The position numbers and the translations under genes are program-made. DNA of 64,000 nt from Mobula hypostoma (lineage: Eukaryota). Shown piece after piece: positions 52,056-63,214 of this stretch (position 1 is its first letter; the number at the start of each line of letters is the position of its first letter). The stretch covers positions 50,098,001 to 50,162,000 of the forward strand of contig NC_086108.1 of the NCBI RefSeq assembly GCF_963921235.1. Reading direction: 5' to 3'. Under the pieces are notes generated by a model. The model saw nothing but the letters and a program-made list of their open reading frames with translations. It did not search any database and had not been told where the DNA came from.

Positions 52056-53174
52056 GTATGTGTATTAAAATTATTTCTGGAAATTAAATGCTTTTTGGTA
52101 GTTGCACTTTTATTGGAACATACAAGACAGCAACTATATTAAGATCAGTATCTTAGGTAATGCAAAAATATACGTGGGCACATTGAATTCTACTTCATAT
52201 ATTTTGCATTGTTTAAGATGTTGATGGAGTAATTCCAGATATTACAGTATTGTTTAGATAATACTAATCAGCTTCTGCTAGAGTAAAAAACTGACTGCAT
52301 GGGCAAATTCCATTCCATTTTTTCTTTTGTGTTAGTAGTTTTGTTTCATTGGTTGATTCTGTGGAAAGACAGTACTTTAACGGCTTGTCTGTGCTGTACC
52401 CAGCAGACTTCACTGAACTTCCATTGTTCAGTGCCCAACTGTCATTGGATCTCAGTGTTGACAAAAAAAGAGACAGAAGCATAAACAACAAATATTACAT
52501 AAGTCTTGTCCCAAGATAGCCTTCTGGGAAATATTTTTAATACTACTTTTTTCCTCAAATTGTTGTGGAGGTGTTTGCATTCAGTTACTTGTAACTGAGC
52601 TATTTGATTCAAACCTACTTTCTAGGTTTAAGTCTGTGATTGAGATTTGTTCTTCAGTGAAGTATCAGGAATTATATTTCAAGAATGCAGTTAGCTTTCA
52701 GATGATGTATCAAGCCAATTAATTTGAATTTAAAACATTTTTTTCCATATACTTTCAAGGAAACTTTATGTGAGTTGGTAGATCACTGTAAATTGACTGT
52801 AGCATGGAGGTGAGAAGGTAGAATCTGGGAAGATGAGTGTCTGGAGAATTTTTTTAAAAATGGGATCAACATCAGATTAGTATAAATTAATGGTCAGATA
52901 TAATGGGCCAAAGGGCATGTTTCTGTGTTTCTACGTTCATCTCTTATCAACACTTTTTTTTTAAAAAATCTCAACATTACTATCATTCAGTATTTTTGAG
53001 ACCTTGCTGTCTGCAAATTTAAAAGGATTATCCATTTAAAAATCAACTCATGATGGGAATACTGAACAGGTTAGGCAAAATCGATGATGAGAGAAATTGC
53101 ACCAAAGAAGTACTTCAGAAATTTGAAATGCTTTACAGCCCTAAGTATATGACAAACAACTAAAGCACATATTT

Positions 53175-53310
53175 CAAACAAGAGAAAATCTGCAGAGGCT
53201 GGAAATCCAAGCAACACACACAAAATGCTGAAGGAACTTAGCAGGCTAGTAAGCATCAATGGAAAAGGGGTAAACAATCGATGTTTTGGGCTGAGACCCT
53301 TCATCAGAAC
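53175..53310 (-). mobile_element. Short PLE terminus (tail plus decayed hammerhead)
   Basis: Tail aaatctgcagaggctggaaatccaagcaacacac. The minus strand reads ctgatgaagggtctcagcccaaaacatcga. Confidence 0.75.
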
Positions 53311-53552
53311 CTGATATTTGTTGCTTTAAGCCCTTCAGTATTTGTGCTTCACTGAATTAATTTGTATGTTCACTGGTACATTATACTGACTTCATAAAAA
53401 GGTAATTGTTAACCCTGTGGTGTGTTAACTGATTCACACAATCCATTTGACTTGTTTTACTCTTTTTGACTGTAGTTGAAGTTGCTATTTTGCTTGAAAC
53501 ACAAACTGAATGTGTTAGGGGAAAAATTCAAATTGTGATTACATGCAGTGTG

Positions 53553-54034
53553 CAGTGGACTCTGGTTAATTAGGCCAACGGTTCAGCGCAGCAGCCACTT
53601 ATTTCAGACAACTCTTTAAAAAAGCAAAAACAAATTGAGAAAGTAGCTGAGATGCCCATCATTTATTTGGGACACTATGCCATTTAATTAGGACAGGAGA
53701 CTGTTGCTGAACAGCTTCTAACTACATCAGTGATGGTTACATCATGTGGCAGTTAGACACTACATCATGCTTACAGCAAACTGTTTTTAAATAGTGTCAC
53801 TTGCATGTGCTTGTATTCAAAATACAGTTTTATAGTGTTGTAGTAGTTTTGGTAGTGTTCTAATTTATTTTTGATTTCGTTTAAATACATCGTTCGTTAC
53901 TTAGTTGAGCGGTAGTTTGTCTTTTTTTTATACTTTTTTATATGTTGCCATGAAACTTTGGCTAATTAGGTCAGTCATTTATTTGGGCCAAAATATACTG
54001 GTCCCGATGTGTCCCAGTTAGCTGGAATCCACTG
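53553..54034. mobile_element. About 480-bp MITE of pogo/Tc1 type
   Basis: Imperfect TIRs cagtggactctggttaatt / agttagctggaatccactg-TA. No coding capacity seen. Confidence 0.65.
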
Positions 54035-54619
54035 TACTTAAGAATTAATTCAATGGTTCAGAGATTATAGAGTGAATGGTTAAAGTTTTTAATGCACTGC
54101 TAGTGAAACAGAGGACAGATTCAGTTGTAAAGTTCACAAGGGAGCTGCACATGCATCTCAAAGAAAATTCGCTGGGCTGTGGAGAGACAGTAAGGAAGCA
54201 GGACAAGCTGAATTACTCTCGCATAGAGCAGTTACTGACTTGACAGACTGTATGGGTTCTTTGCATACTGTAGCTATTGTGTTATTCTATATTTATTTTA
54301 GAAGTCTGATTTCCTGACCCCATTGAATGAAATGGCTCAAGGCTGACAGCTCTTTAACTTATTTTCAACTAAATTCTTTGTAGTTTCTGTCAAAAAAAGA
54401 CTTCGGCTAAAAGAAAAAAGTGTTTTGCGGCTGTTTAGCTCATGTCACAGTCCTAATTTGGAATGGTAAAGGTATATTTGCAAGTGCTTTTTATTGTTAT
54501 GATTGATGCTCTGCTTCAACAAAATTTAGATAGATCTTGCAAAAGTTACCAAACGTATCGTTAGAGAAACACTTTAGTTTAAATGTAGATCTGTCAGTAT
54601 GATATCCTTTTCTTTCCAG

Positions 54620-54779
54620 GAAAACTCTCAGAATAACAGCATTTTCAGTGAGGTTTATGGCAAGAATCTAGCACCAAGTGGCAAATCGGAGAATGCACTA
54701 CCACAAGCATTCCATGAGACCTCCTGTTATTCATTATTTGATGGAAACCCTTGGTCCCCATCTCTTCCTGCCAGCTCAG
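54620..54779 (+). CDS. SMG7: SMG7 exon: ENSQNNSIFSEVYGKNL...YSLFDGNPWSPSLPASS
   Basis: Acceptor ttccag|GAA, donor G|gttagt. 160 nt, phase 0-1. EVYGKNL and PWSPSLPASS motifs present. Confidence 0.95.
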
Positions 54780-55303
54780 GTTAGTATTTTTGAATTTGAA
54801 CTTTACTAATAAAAGCTGTTTAACCAGGGCATTCCATCAGTGGATGCATTTTTTTTGTGGTTCTGGGTAGCTGAACATCAAGTAGAGTTTCCAGTATAAA
54901 TTTTACTTTTCAGCACACAAATGTGCTTTGGATTATTTCAGCTGTTCTGGAAACACTTTTTCAAACATTTTTATCAACTTTTGTTTTAAATTACTCAATT
55001 CAACATGTAAGTCATAGGAATTTGGACAGCAGGGATGAATTTTGTTTCTTCTGTGGCATTAATGGCAAGACTTGGATAATCACCTATCATAATGTAATTA
55101 AAGCCACTGATTTGCACTTTATTGCATAACATCACATTTGAAGCCGCCAATATAGATTTCACAGTGGCTTTTTAGCTGTGGGATGTGGTTCAAATCATTA
55201 CCTTGATAGGCTAAACTGAAGGGATGACATCTATTCCTTTATTGAACTGATACTGAAATAAAGAACCTCACTTGAAATGTTATTCCTCCTTCACATGGGT
55301 TAG

Positions 55304-55477
55304 ACCACTCAACACCAGCAAGCCAGTCTCCTCACTCCTCTAATCCCAGCAGTTTGCCAAGTTCTCCACCAACTCACAACCAAAACTCATTTGCTGGCTT
55401 TGGACCTATTGGAACTCCTGACAACAGTGAGAGGAGGCTGACTGATCGGTGGAACATGAAACGTACAGATAAGCCAG
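55304..55477 (+). CDS. SMG7: SMG7 exon: DHSTPASQSPHSSNPSSLPSSPPTHN...FGPIGTPDN...TDKP
   Basis: Acceptor gttag|AC, donor G|gtagag. 174 nt, phase 1-1. Highly conserved SMG7 peptide. Confidence 0.95.
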
Positions 55478-55732
55478 GTAGAGTACCTAATATCCTCATG
55501 TATTGGTTTCTATTTCTGTTTCAAAGATTGTTTAGCTTTAAAGGGAAGTACATGTCCAGCATGAATGATTTATTTTTTGTAACAGTTCTTTCTGTCTGAA
55601 CCATAAGTTGAAAAATGTGAAATCATTCAGGTGATGTGTTCCGTGTGTTCCTTATTTTGACAGACCCAGTATTTTCACAAACTTTCACAAATTAGAATGT
55701 CCTACAGATGAAAACAAAACTTAGCAACATTT

Positions 55733-55981
55733 ATCAAAGTTGCTGGTGAACGCAGTAGGCCAGGCAGCATCTCTAGGAAGAGGTACAGTCGACATTTAGG
55801 GCCAAGACCCTCTGTCAGGACTAACTGAAAGAAGAGCTCTTCTTTCAGTTAGCCCTGCCGAAGGGTCTCGGCCCGAAACGTCGACTATACCTCTTCCTAG
55901 AGGTGCTGCCTGGCCTGCTGTGTTCACCAGCAACTTTGATGTGTGTTGCTTGAATTTCCAGCATCTGCAGACTTCCTCGTG
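55733..55981. mobile_element. Non-coding PLE-derived fold-back element (208-bp palindrome plus tail)
   Basis: Arms 55733-55836 and 55837-55940, no loop (gaagag|ctcttc). 15-bp TSD ttagcaacatttatc at 55721-55735 and 55982-55996. Confidence 0.92.
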
Positions 55982-56004
55982 TTAGCAACATTTATCTGTT
56001 TTTG

Positions 56005-59002
56005 ACTGCAGCAAGGGGGGAGGGGAACCAGAGTGCAGGAACAGATGTAGGGGAGAAGGAAGAAAAAGAGAATAGTTTGCGCCGTTAGTGATAAACAGAG
56101 AGTAAGAGGTGGAAAATTTCTTAAGTGCATTTTTTTTTAATGCTAGGAGCATTATAAGAAAGGTGGATGAGTGTAAAGCATGGATTGATACCTGGAAGTC
56201 TGATGTGGTAGCTATTAGTGAAACATGGTTGCAGGAGGAGTGTGATTGGCGACTAAATATTCCTGGATTTCATTGCTTCAGGTGTCATAGAATCGGAGGG
56301 ACAAGAGGGGGAGGTGTTGCATTGCTTGTCAGAGAAAATATTACAGCGCTGCTCTGGCAGGATAGATTAGAGGGCTCGTCTAGAGAGGCTATTAAGGTGG
56401 AATTGAGGAATGAGAAAGGTGTAGTAACACTTATAGGGGTGTATTATAGACCACCTGATGGGGAGCGAGAATTTGAGGAACAAATTTGTAAGGAGATAGC
56501 AGATATTTGTAGTAAGCACAAGGTTGTGGTTGTGGGAGATTTTAATTTTCCATACATAGACTAGGAAGCCCATACTGTAAAAGGGCTGGATGGTTTGGAG
56601 TTTGTAAAATGTGTGCAGGATAGTTTTTTGCAGCAATACATAGAGGTACCAACTAGAGAAGAGGCAGTGTTGGATCTCCTGTTAGGGAATAAGATAGGTC
56701 AGGTGACGGAAGTATGTACTGGGGAGCACTTCGGGTCCAGTGATCACAATGCCATTAGTTTCAATGTAATTATGGAGAAAGATAGGTCTGGACCCAGGTT
56801 TGAGATTCTTGATTGGAGAAAGGCTAACTTTGAGGAGATGTGAAAGGATTTAGAAGGAGTGGATTGAGACAATTTGTTTTATGGGAAGGATGTAATAGAG
56901 AAATGGAGGTCATTTAAAGGTGAAATCTTGAGGGTACAGAATCTTTATGTTCCTGTTAAGTTGAAAGGAACGGTTAAAAGTTTGAGCGAGCCATGGTTTT
57001 CAAAGGATATTGGAAACTTGGTTTGGAAAAAGAGAGATATCTACAATAAATATAGGCAGCATGGAATAACTGAGGTGCTTGAGGAATATAAAGAATGTAA
57101 AAAGAATCTTAAGAAAGAAATTAGAAAAGCTAAAAGAAGATGCAGGGTTTCTTTGGCAAGTAAGGTGAAAATAAATCCAAAGGGTTTCTACAGTTATATT
57201 AATAGAAAAAGGATAGTGAGGGATAAAATTGGTCCCTTAGAGAATCAGAGTGGACAGCGATGTGCGGAACCAAAAGAGATGGGGGAGATTTTGAACAATT
57301 TCTTTTCTTTGGTATTCACTAAGGAGAAGGACATTGAATTGTGTAAGGTAAAGGAAACAGGTAGGGAAGTTATGGAAACTATGATGATTAAAGAAGAGGA
57401 AGTACTGGCACTTTTAAGGAATATAAAAGTGGATAAGTCTCCGGGTCCTGACAGGATATTCCCTAGGATCTTGAGGGAAGTTAGTGTGGAAATAGCAGGG
57501 GCTCTGACAGAAATATTTCAAATATCATTAGAAACGGGAATGGTGCAGGAGGATTGGCGTATTGCTCATGTTGTTCCATTGTTTAAAAAGGATTCTACGA
57601 GTAAACCTAGCAATTATCGGCCTGTGAGTTTGACGTCAGTGGTGGGTAAATTGATGGAAAGTATTCTTAGAGATGGTATGTATAATTACCTGGATAGACA
57701 GGGTCTGATTAGGAACAGTCAACATGGATTTGTGCATGGAAGGTCATGTTTGACAAATCTTATTGAATTTTTTGATGAGGTTACTAGGAAAGTTGACGAG
57801 GCTAAAGCGGTGGATGTTGTCGATATGGACTTCAGTAAGGCCTTTGACAAGGTTCCACACGGAAGGTTAGTTAGGAAGGTTCAGTCGTTAGGTATTAATA
57901 TTGAAGTAGTAAAATGGATTCAGCAGTGGCTGAATGGGAGAAGCCAGAGAGTGGTGGTGGATAACTGTTTATTAGATTGGAGGCCGGTGACTAGTGATGT
58001 CCCTCAGGGATCTGTACTGGGTCCAGTGTTGTTTGTCATATACATTAATGATCTGGATGACGGGGGGATAAATTGGATAAGTAAGTATGCAGATGATACT
58101 AAGATAGGTGGAGTTGTGGATAATGAAGTAGGTTTTCAAAGCTTGCAGAGAGATTTAGGCAAGTTAGAAGAGTGGTCTGAAAGATGGCAGATGGAGTTTA
58201 ATGCTGATAAATGTGAGGTGCTACATTTTGGTAGGACTAATCAAAATAGGACATACATGGTAAATGGTAGGGCATTGAAGAATGCAGTTTAAACAGAGGG
58301 ATCTAGGAATAATGGTGCATAGTTCCCTGAAGGTGGAATCTCATGTGGATAGGGTGGTGAAGAAAGCTTTTGGTATGCTGGCCTTTATAAATCAGAGCAT
58401 TGAGTATAGGAGTTGGGATGTAATGTTAAAATTGTACAAGGCATTGGTAAGGCCAAATTTGGAGTATTATGTACAGTTCTGGTTACCGAATTATAGGAAA
58501 GATGTCGACAAAATAGAGAGAGTGCAGAGAAGATTTACTAGAATGTTACCTGGGTTTCATCATCTAAGTTGCAGAGAAAGATTGAACAAGTTGTGTCTTT
58601 ATTCTTTGGAGCGTAGAAGGTTGAGGGGGGACTTGATAGAGGTATTTAAAATTAGAGGGGGGATAGATAGAGTTGACGTGGATAGGCTTTTTCCATTGAG
58701 AGTAGGGGAGATTCAAACAAGAGGACATGAGTTGAGAGTTAGGGGGCAACGTTTTAGCGGTAACATGAGGAGGATCTTCTTTACTCAGAGAGTGGTAGTT
58801 GTGTGGAACGAGCTTCCAGCAGAAGTGGTAGAGGCAGCTTCGATATTGTCATTTAAAGTAAAATTGGATAGCTATATGGACAGGAAAGGAATAGAGGGTT
58901 ATGGGCTGAGTGCAGGTCGGTGGCACTCCGTGAGAGTAAGCATTCAGTACGGACTAGAAGGGCTGAGATAGCCTGGTTCTGTGCTGTAATTGTTATATGG
59001 TT
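56005..59002 (+). mobile_element. CR1 LINE, complete ORF2 region (APE endonuclease + RT) with stops
   Basis: ORFs 56109-56564 (NARSI, ISETW, VGDFN), 56595-56843 (SDH), 56874-58292 (YADDTK) and 58282-58971. Tail gttatatggtta. Confidence 0.95.
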
Positions 59003-59113
59003 AATTATGAAAAATGTAATTATATCTTTTGCCACATATAGAGCAAAAAGATGTACATCTTTTATAAATATGCATTAAAATCAATCTGTTTTTCTTTTGG
59101 AAAATGAACACAG

Positions 59114-59262
59114 TAATGAGTGGATTTGGCTTGGACTATCTACCTGCTGCATCTTCCTCTTCAGACATTACTTGGCATCAGGTCAGTACTCCCAGCAACA
59201 CCTGGGCTGCCCCAAACACCACACTGGATGAGTCATCCACACTGCTCATGGACAGTTTCAAG
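59114..59262 (+). CDS. SMG7: SMG7 exon: VMSGFGLDYLPAASSSSDITWHQVSTPSNTW...LLMDSFK
   Basis: Acceptor acacag|TA, donor AAG|gtatga. 149 nt, phase 1-0. GFGxDYL and WHQxSTPS motifs present. The ORF track lists a different frame here. Confidence 0.92.
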
Positions 59263-60264
59263 GTATGATATTTCATTGGATTTCTCTATTCCCACTAATG
59301 TCCAGTTTCTAATTTCTTCCCTTTATTTGTTCTCCAGATGATGATTAATGCTGGCATGTGGTTCCAAAAAAGGAAATAACTCAGTACTGAGGCATATATT
59401 CCTGAAACTTGATCAGGAATTTCTGACCTCAATAATTTGGTGGGAGCCCTTTATGTTCAGATACTCATTTCCAGAATGGGTCATTGAACAGCAAGTAGGG
59501 AAATTACTTACAGTTGTTCAAATCTTTTTTGATATAAGGATGCCAATGGGATGGACAAGCAGCCAATGTGCAAAAGAGAACAAATTCCAAAATAGAAAGA
59601 AAGAAAAAAAGGAAGTAATAAAATAAATATCGAGAACATGAGATGAAGGGTCCTTGTACATGAGTCTGTAGGTTGTGGGAACAGTTCAGTGAAGGGGCAA
59701 GTGAAATTACCCCGTCTGGTTCAAAGTAAAGCTGAGGATATGAAATTAAAACGCAACTGCAGTCTGAGATTGTGGGTAGACTCCTTGCTGATAGTATTTG
59801 AGGTTCCTTGGTGGAAATGATATGGTGGGCTGATAAACAAGTTACCATTTTCCTTGTATTTTATGTCATACAGTAAGAAGACCAGTGTTTTTAGGAGTTC
59901 TTACCTTTTTCCAGGATAGTACTAAAGTATTGACAGATTTTACCAGTACTAATACAGTTGCTTCACGCCACGGAAACCGGCATAAGCACCGGCCTGATGG
60001 GAGACTGTTAAAAATAAATAAATAACACTTTATCTAATATAGCCAGATCTAGTGAACAGCAGCTGCATTAAATGCTTGGGACTTGGCACTTAAACGTGGA
60101 ACAAAGTTATTCTGGCCAGTGCTTATGGCATGGATAGAAAGAAGATTTTGCTATGGTCAATATGCTCAAATGTGAAGGAGTTAGCAGCAATGAATGTGAT
60201 TGTGAATGGCAGGCCTAATGCTAGATTGTTACTTGTAAGTCCTGTAAAAGTCTTGGGAAACTTA

Positions 60265-62085
60265 TAGTCGCAAGGAGAAGTTTGTGAACACTTTGCCATT
60301 ATCTGGTTTTCTGCATTAATTACTCATAAAATGTGGTCTGATCTTCATCTAAGTCACAATAATAGACAAACACAGTCTGCTTAAACTAATAATACACAAA
60401 CAATTGTACATAATTGTTGTCAATACTGAGTACAATATTTGAACAAACACAATCTAAGTTCAAAAAAGTATGTGAAGCTCTGGGGTAATGCCTTCTACAA
60501 AAGCTATTTGGAGTCAGCTGTTCCAGTCAATGAGATGAGATTGGAGGTGTGGGTTGTAGAGGTGCCCTGCCCTATTTTTAAAAAAAGACACACAAAGTCA
60601 GGTTACTGACAGAACCTGTATTTCTCAAGAAAGATCTGTTTATGTGCACTATGCATCAATCAAAACAACTTTCAGAGGACCTTGGAAGAAATGTAGAGAT
60701 ACAGAAAGATGGGAAAGATGACAAGCATTTCTGAAGACCTGAGTATTCGTCAGTCCGCAGTGAGAGAAATTGTCTACAAATGAAGGAAATTCAGTACTGT
60801 TGCTACTCTGCCTATGGGTGGGTGTCCTGCAAAGATCACACCAAGCACAATGGGTAATGCTAAAGAAGGTGGAAGAAGAACCCAAGCATAACAGTAAAAG
60901 ACCTGCAGAAATCTCTAGAACTTGCTAAAGTCTCCGTTCATAAGAAAAGCATTGAACAAGAACGGTGTTCATGGAAGGACACCACGGAGGAAACCACTGC
61001 TCTCCCAAAAAAAAACACTTTGCTGCACATCTCAAGTTTGCAAAAGACCACCTGGATGTTCCACAATACCTCTGGGACAATGTTCTGAGAACACATGAGA
61101 CAAAAGTTTAACTTTTTGATAGAAATGCACACCACTATGTTTGGAGGAAAAAGGGCACTGTACACCAACAGCAAAGCCTCATCCCAAGCATGGTGGAAGG
61201 AACATCATTGTTTCAGGCTACTTTGCTGCCTCAGGCCCTAGACAGCTTGCAGTCAATGAGGAACAATGTATTCAAAATTGTAACAAGTCATTTTACACGA
61301 GACTGTCAGGGTAGCAGTCCGAAACCTAAAGCTTAATAGAAGTTGGATGATGCAACAAGACAATGATCCAAAACACAAGAATAAATCAACAACAGAATGG
61401 AATGGTTTAAAAAGAAAATTCATACTTTGGAGTGGCCAAGTCAGAGTCCGGACCTTAATCCAATTGAAATGCTGTGGCATGACCTGAAGAGGGTTGTTCA
61501 TGCAAGGTATACCGGAAATATTGATGAACTGAAACAGTTTTTTATGTAGGAATGATCTAAAATTCCTCCTCACCATTGATAAGCAGCTGCAGGAAACTTT
61601 TGGTGGAGGTGATTGCTGCTATAGGAGGTTCTACCAGTTACTAAATACAAGAGTTCACAGTTTTTCCAGCCTGGATTGTGAATGATTAAACAATGTGCTC
61701 AATAAAGTCAAGTTTATTGTCAATTAACTACATACGTGTATATAATGTATATGGAAATCAGGTGACGGTTCTTCGAACTAGGGTGTAAAGCACATAACAG
61801 ACTGTAACTTATGAAGGTAAGGATAAAATCTACAGATGAATGACACAGAAGTGACAAACTAAAGTGCATTAATATTAAATATTGTAAGCACAGAACAGAT
61901 TAACCAGTGACACTTCGAGTACAATGTAAAGACATGAAAAGTACTATTGTTTCTGTGTTATTAGTTTAGGCAGATTATGTTCATCTATTATTGTGACTTA
62001 GATGAAGATTGGATCACATTTTATGAGTAATTAATGCAGAAAACCAGGTAATTGCAAAGGGTTTACAAACAACTTCTTGCAGCTG
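60265..62085 (+). mobile_element. Full-span decayed Tc1 transposon with an about 220-bp insertion in the right TIR
   Basis: Long TIRs (ggttttctgcattaattactcataaaatgtg / cacattttatgagtaattaatgcagaaaacc). Remnants include QQDNDPKH and [12 protein letters not shown]. Insertion at about 61705-61925. Confidence 0.88.
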
Positions 62086-62497
62086 CATAAGGACAAATGC
62101 AAAAGGCAGTGTGGATGTAAGGAAGTTTGTGTGGTCATTAAGCAGTGAGCAGTAATTTTATTTTTATCATATGGATTTGACAAACAATTTGATATGATGT
62201 AATTCCCCACTGATATTCATTCATCATAGCACCAGGCAGGAAATCATGCTACAACTTTCTTTTGGATGTCCGCAGACTGTGAAATTGTTACACTTTCAAG
62301 CCCTTAAGTGTTTCCTTTTCATAAAAGTAATTGGCAAGAATTCTAAATTGTGTCTATAACTATAATAACTAACATTAATTTTATTTTTTATCTGAAGTCC
62401 TACAGTAAATCATAAATTTTAGAGGAAGTGGTCAGAAATATGACTTGATATTTTAATTTTAGTTTGCCGTCTTGCAAACTAATAGCTAACAATCTAT

Positions 62498-62641
62498 GCA
62501 ACACACATCAAAATTGCTGGTGAACGCAGCAGGCCAGGCAGCATCTCTAGGAAGAGGTACAGTTGACGCCTGTTGCGTTCACCAGCAACATTGATGTATG
62601 TTGCTTGAATTTCCAGCATCTGCAGAATTCCTGTTGTTTGC
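62498..62641. mobile_element. 144-bp PLE-derived fold-back element with central deletion
   Basis: Inverted terminus gcaacacacatcaaa...ggtgaacgcagcagg pairs with cctgttgcgttcaccagcaac..ttgatgtatgttgc, followed by the tail. 13-bp TSD gctaacaatctat at 62485-62497 and 62642-62654. Confidence 0.88.
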
Positions 62642-63100
62642 GCTAACAATCTATTATTTAATTGTACTGTATATGCACAATTAAGAACATTCCTCTACAC
62701 AATGGTTATTTTGGAGCAAATTTTATCATTTAAAAGTGCGAAACCATTCTTTGAATGCTTTCAGACGTGTGTTTCCATTCAATCCTTTACTCATTCTGAA
62801 TGTTAAAAGCATGTTTCTTGTTTTGCCATTAATTTTAAGTAACAGTCAGTACTATTGCAGAAATTCATTATGATGCTGCCTTGATGAATCGTACTTGACC
62901 CTCTACCTTTTCAACTTTGAGCTATAACGTTAGTAGAAAAGCATAGACATAGCTGAGTGTTGTCTTGAAGGATAATTGCTGTTTCAGGGGTAGGATTTAG
63001 CTAGAAGTGTCCATGTGTACACTATTTATTCGTTGAAGACTGTTGAATTACCATAACATGGGGATTTTTTTTTTGTTTCTTTCCTTCCCCCACTCTTCAG

Positions 63101-63214
63101 TCAATCTGGTCTAGTTCAATGATGCATCCTGGACCTTCTGCACTGGAGCAGTTGCTAATGCAGCAGAAACAGAAGCAACAGCGAGGACTCGGCACACTGA
63201 ACCCACCACACTGA
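63101..63214 (+). CDS. SMG7: SMG7 terminal coding exon: SIWSSSMMHPGPSALEQLLMQQKQKQQRGLGTLNPPH*
   Basis: Strong pyrimidine tract, cttcag|TCA, stop TGA at 63212-63214. Near-identical to the canonical vertebrate SMG7 C-terminus. Confidence 0.96.
   Translation, partial: SIWSSSMMHPGPSALEQLLMQQKQKQQRGLGTLNPPH

Noticed and set aside
56874..58292. 472-aa RT ORF as an active retroelement or domesticated gene
   Set aside because: It is flanked by in-frame stops and frameshifts in the APE and C-terminal parts, typical of a decaying CR1.
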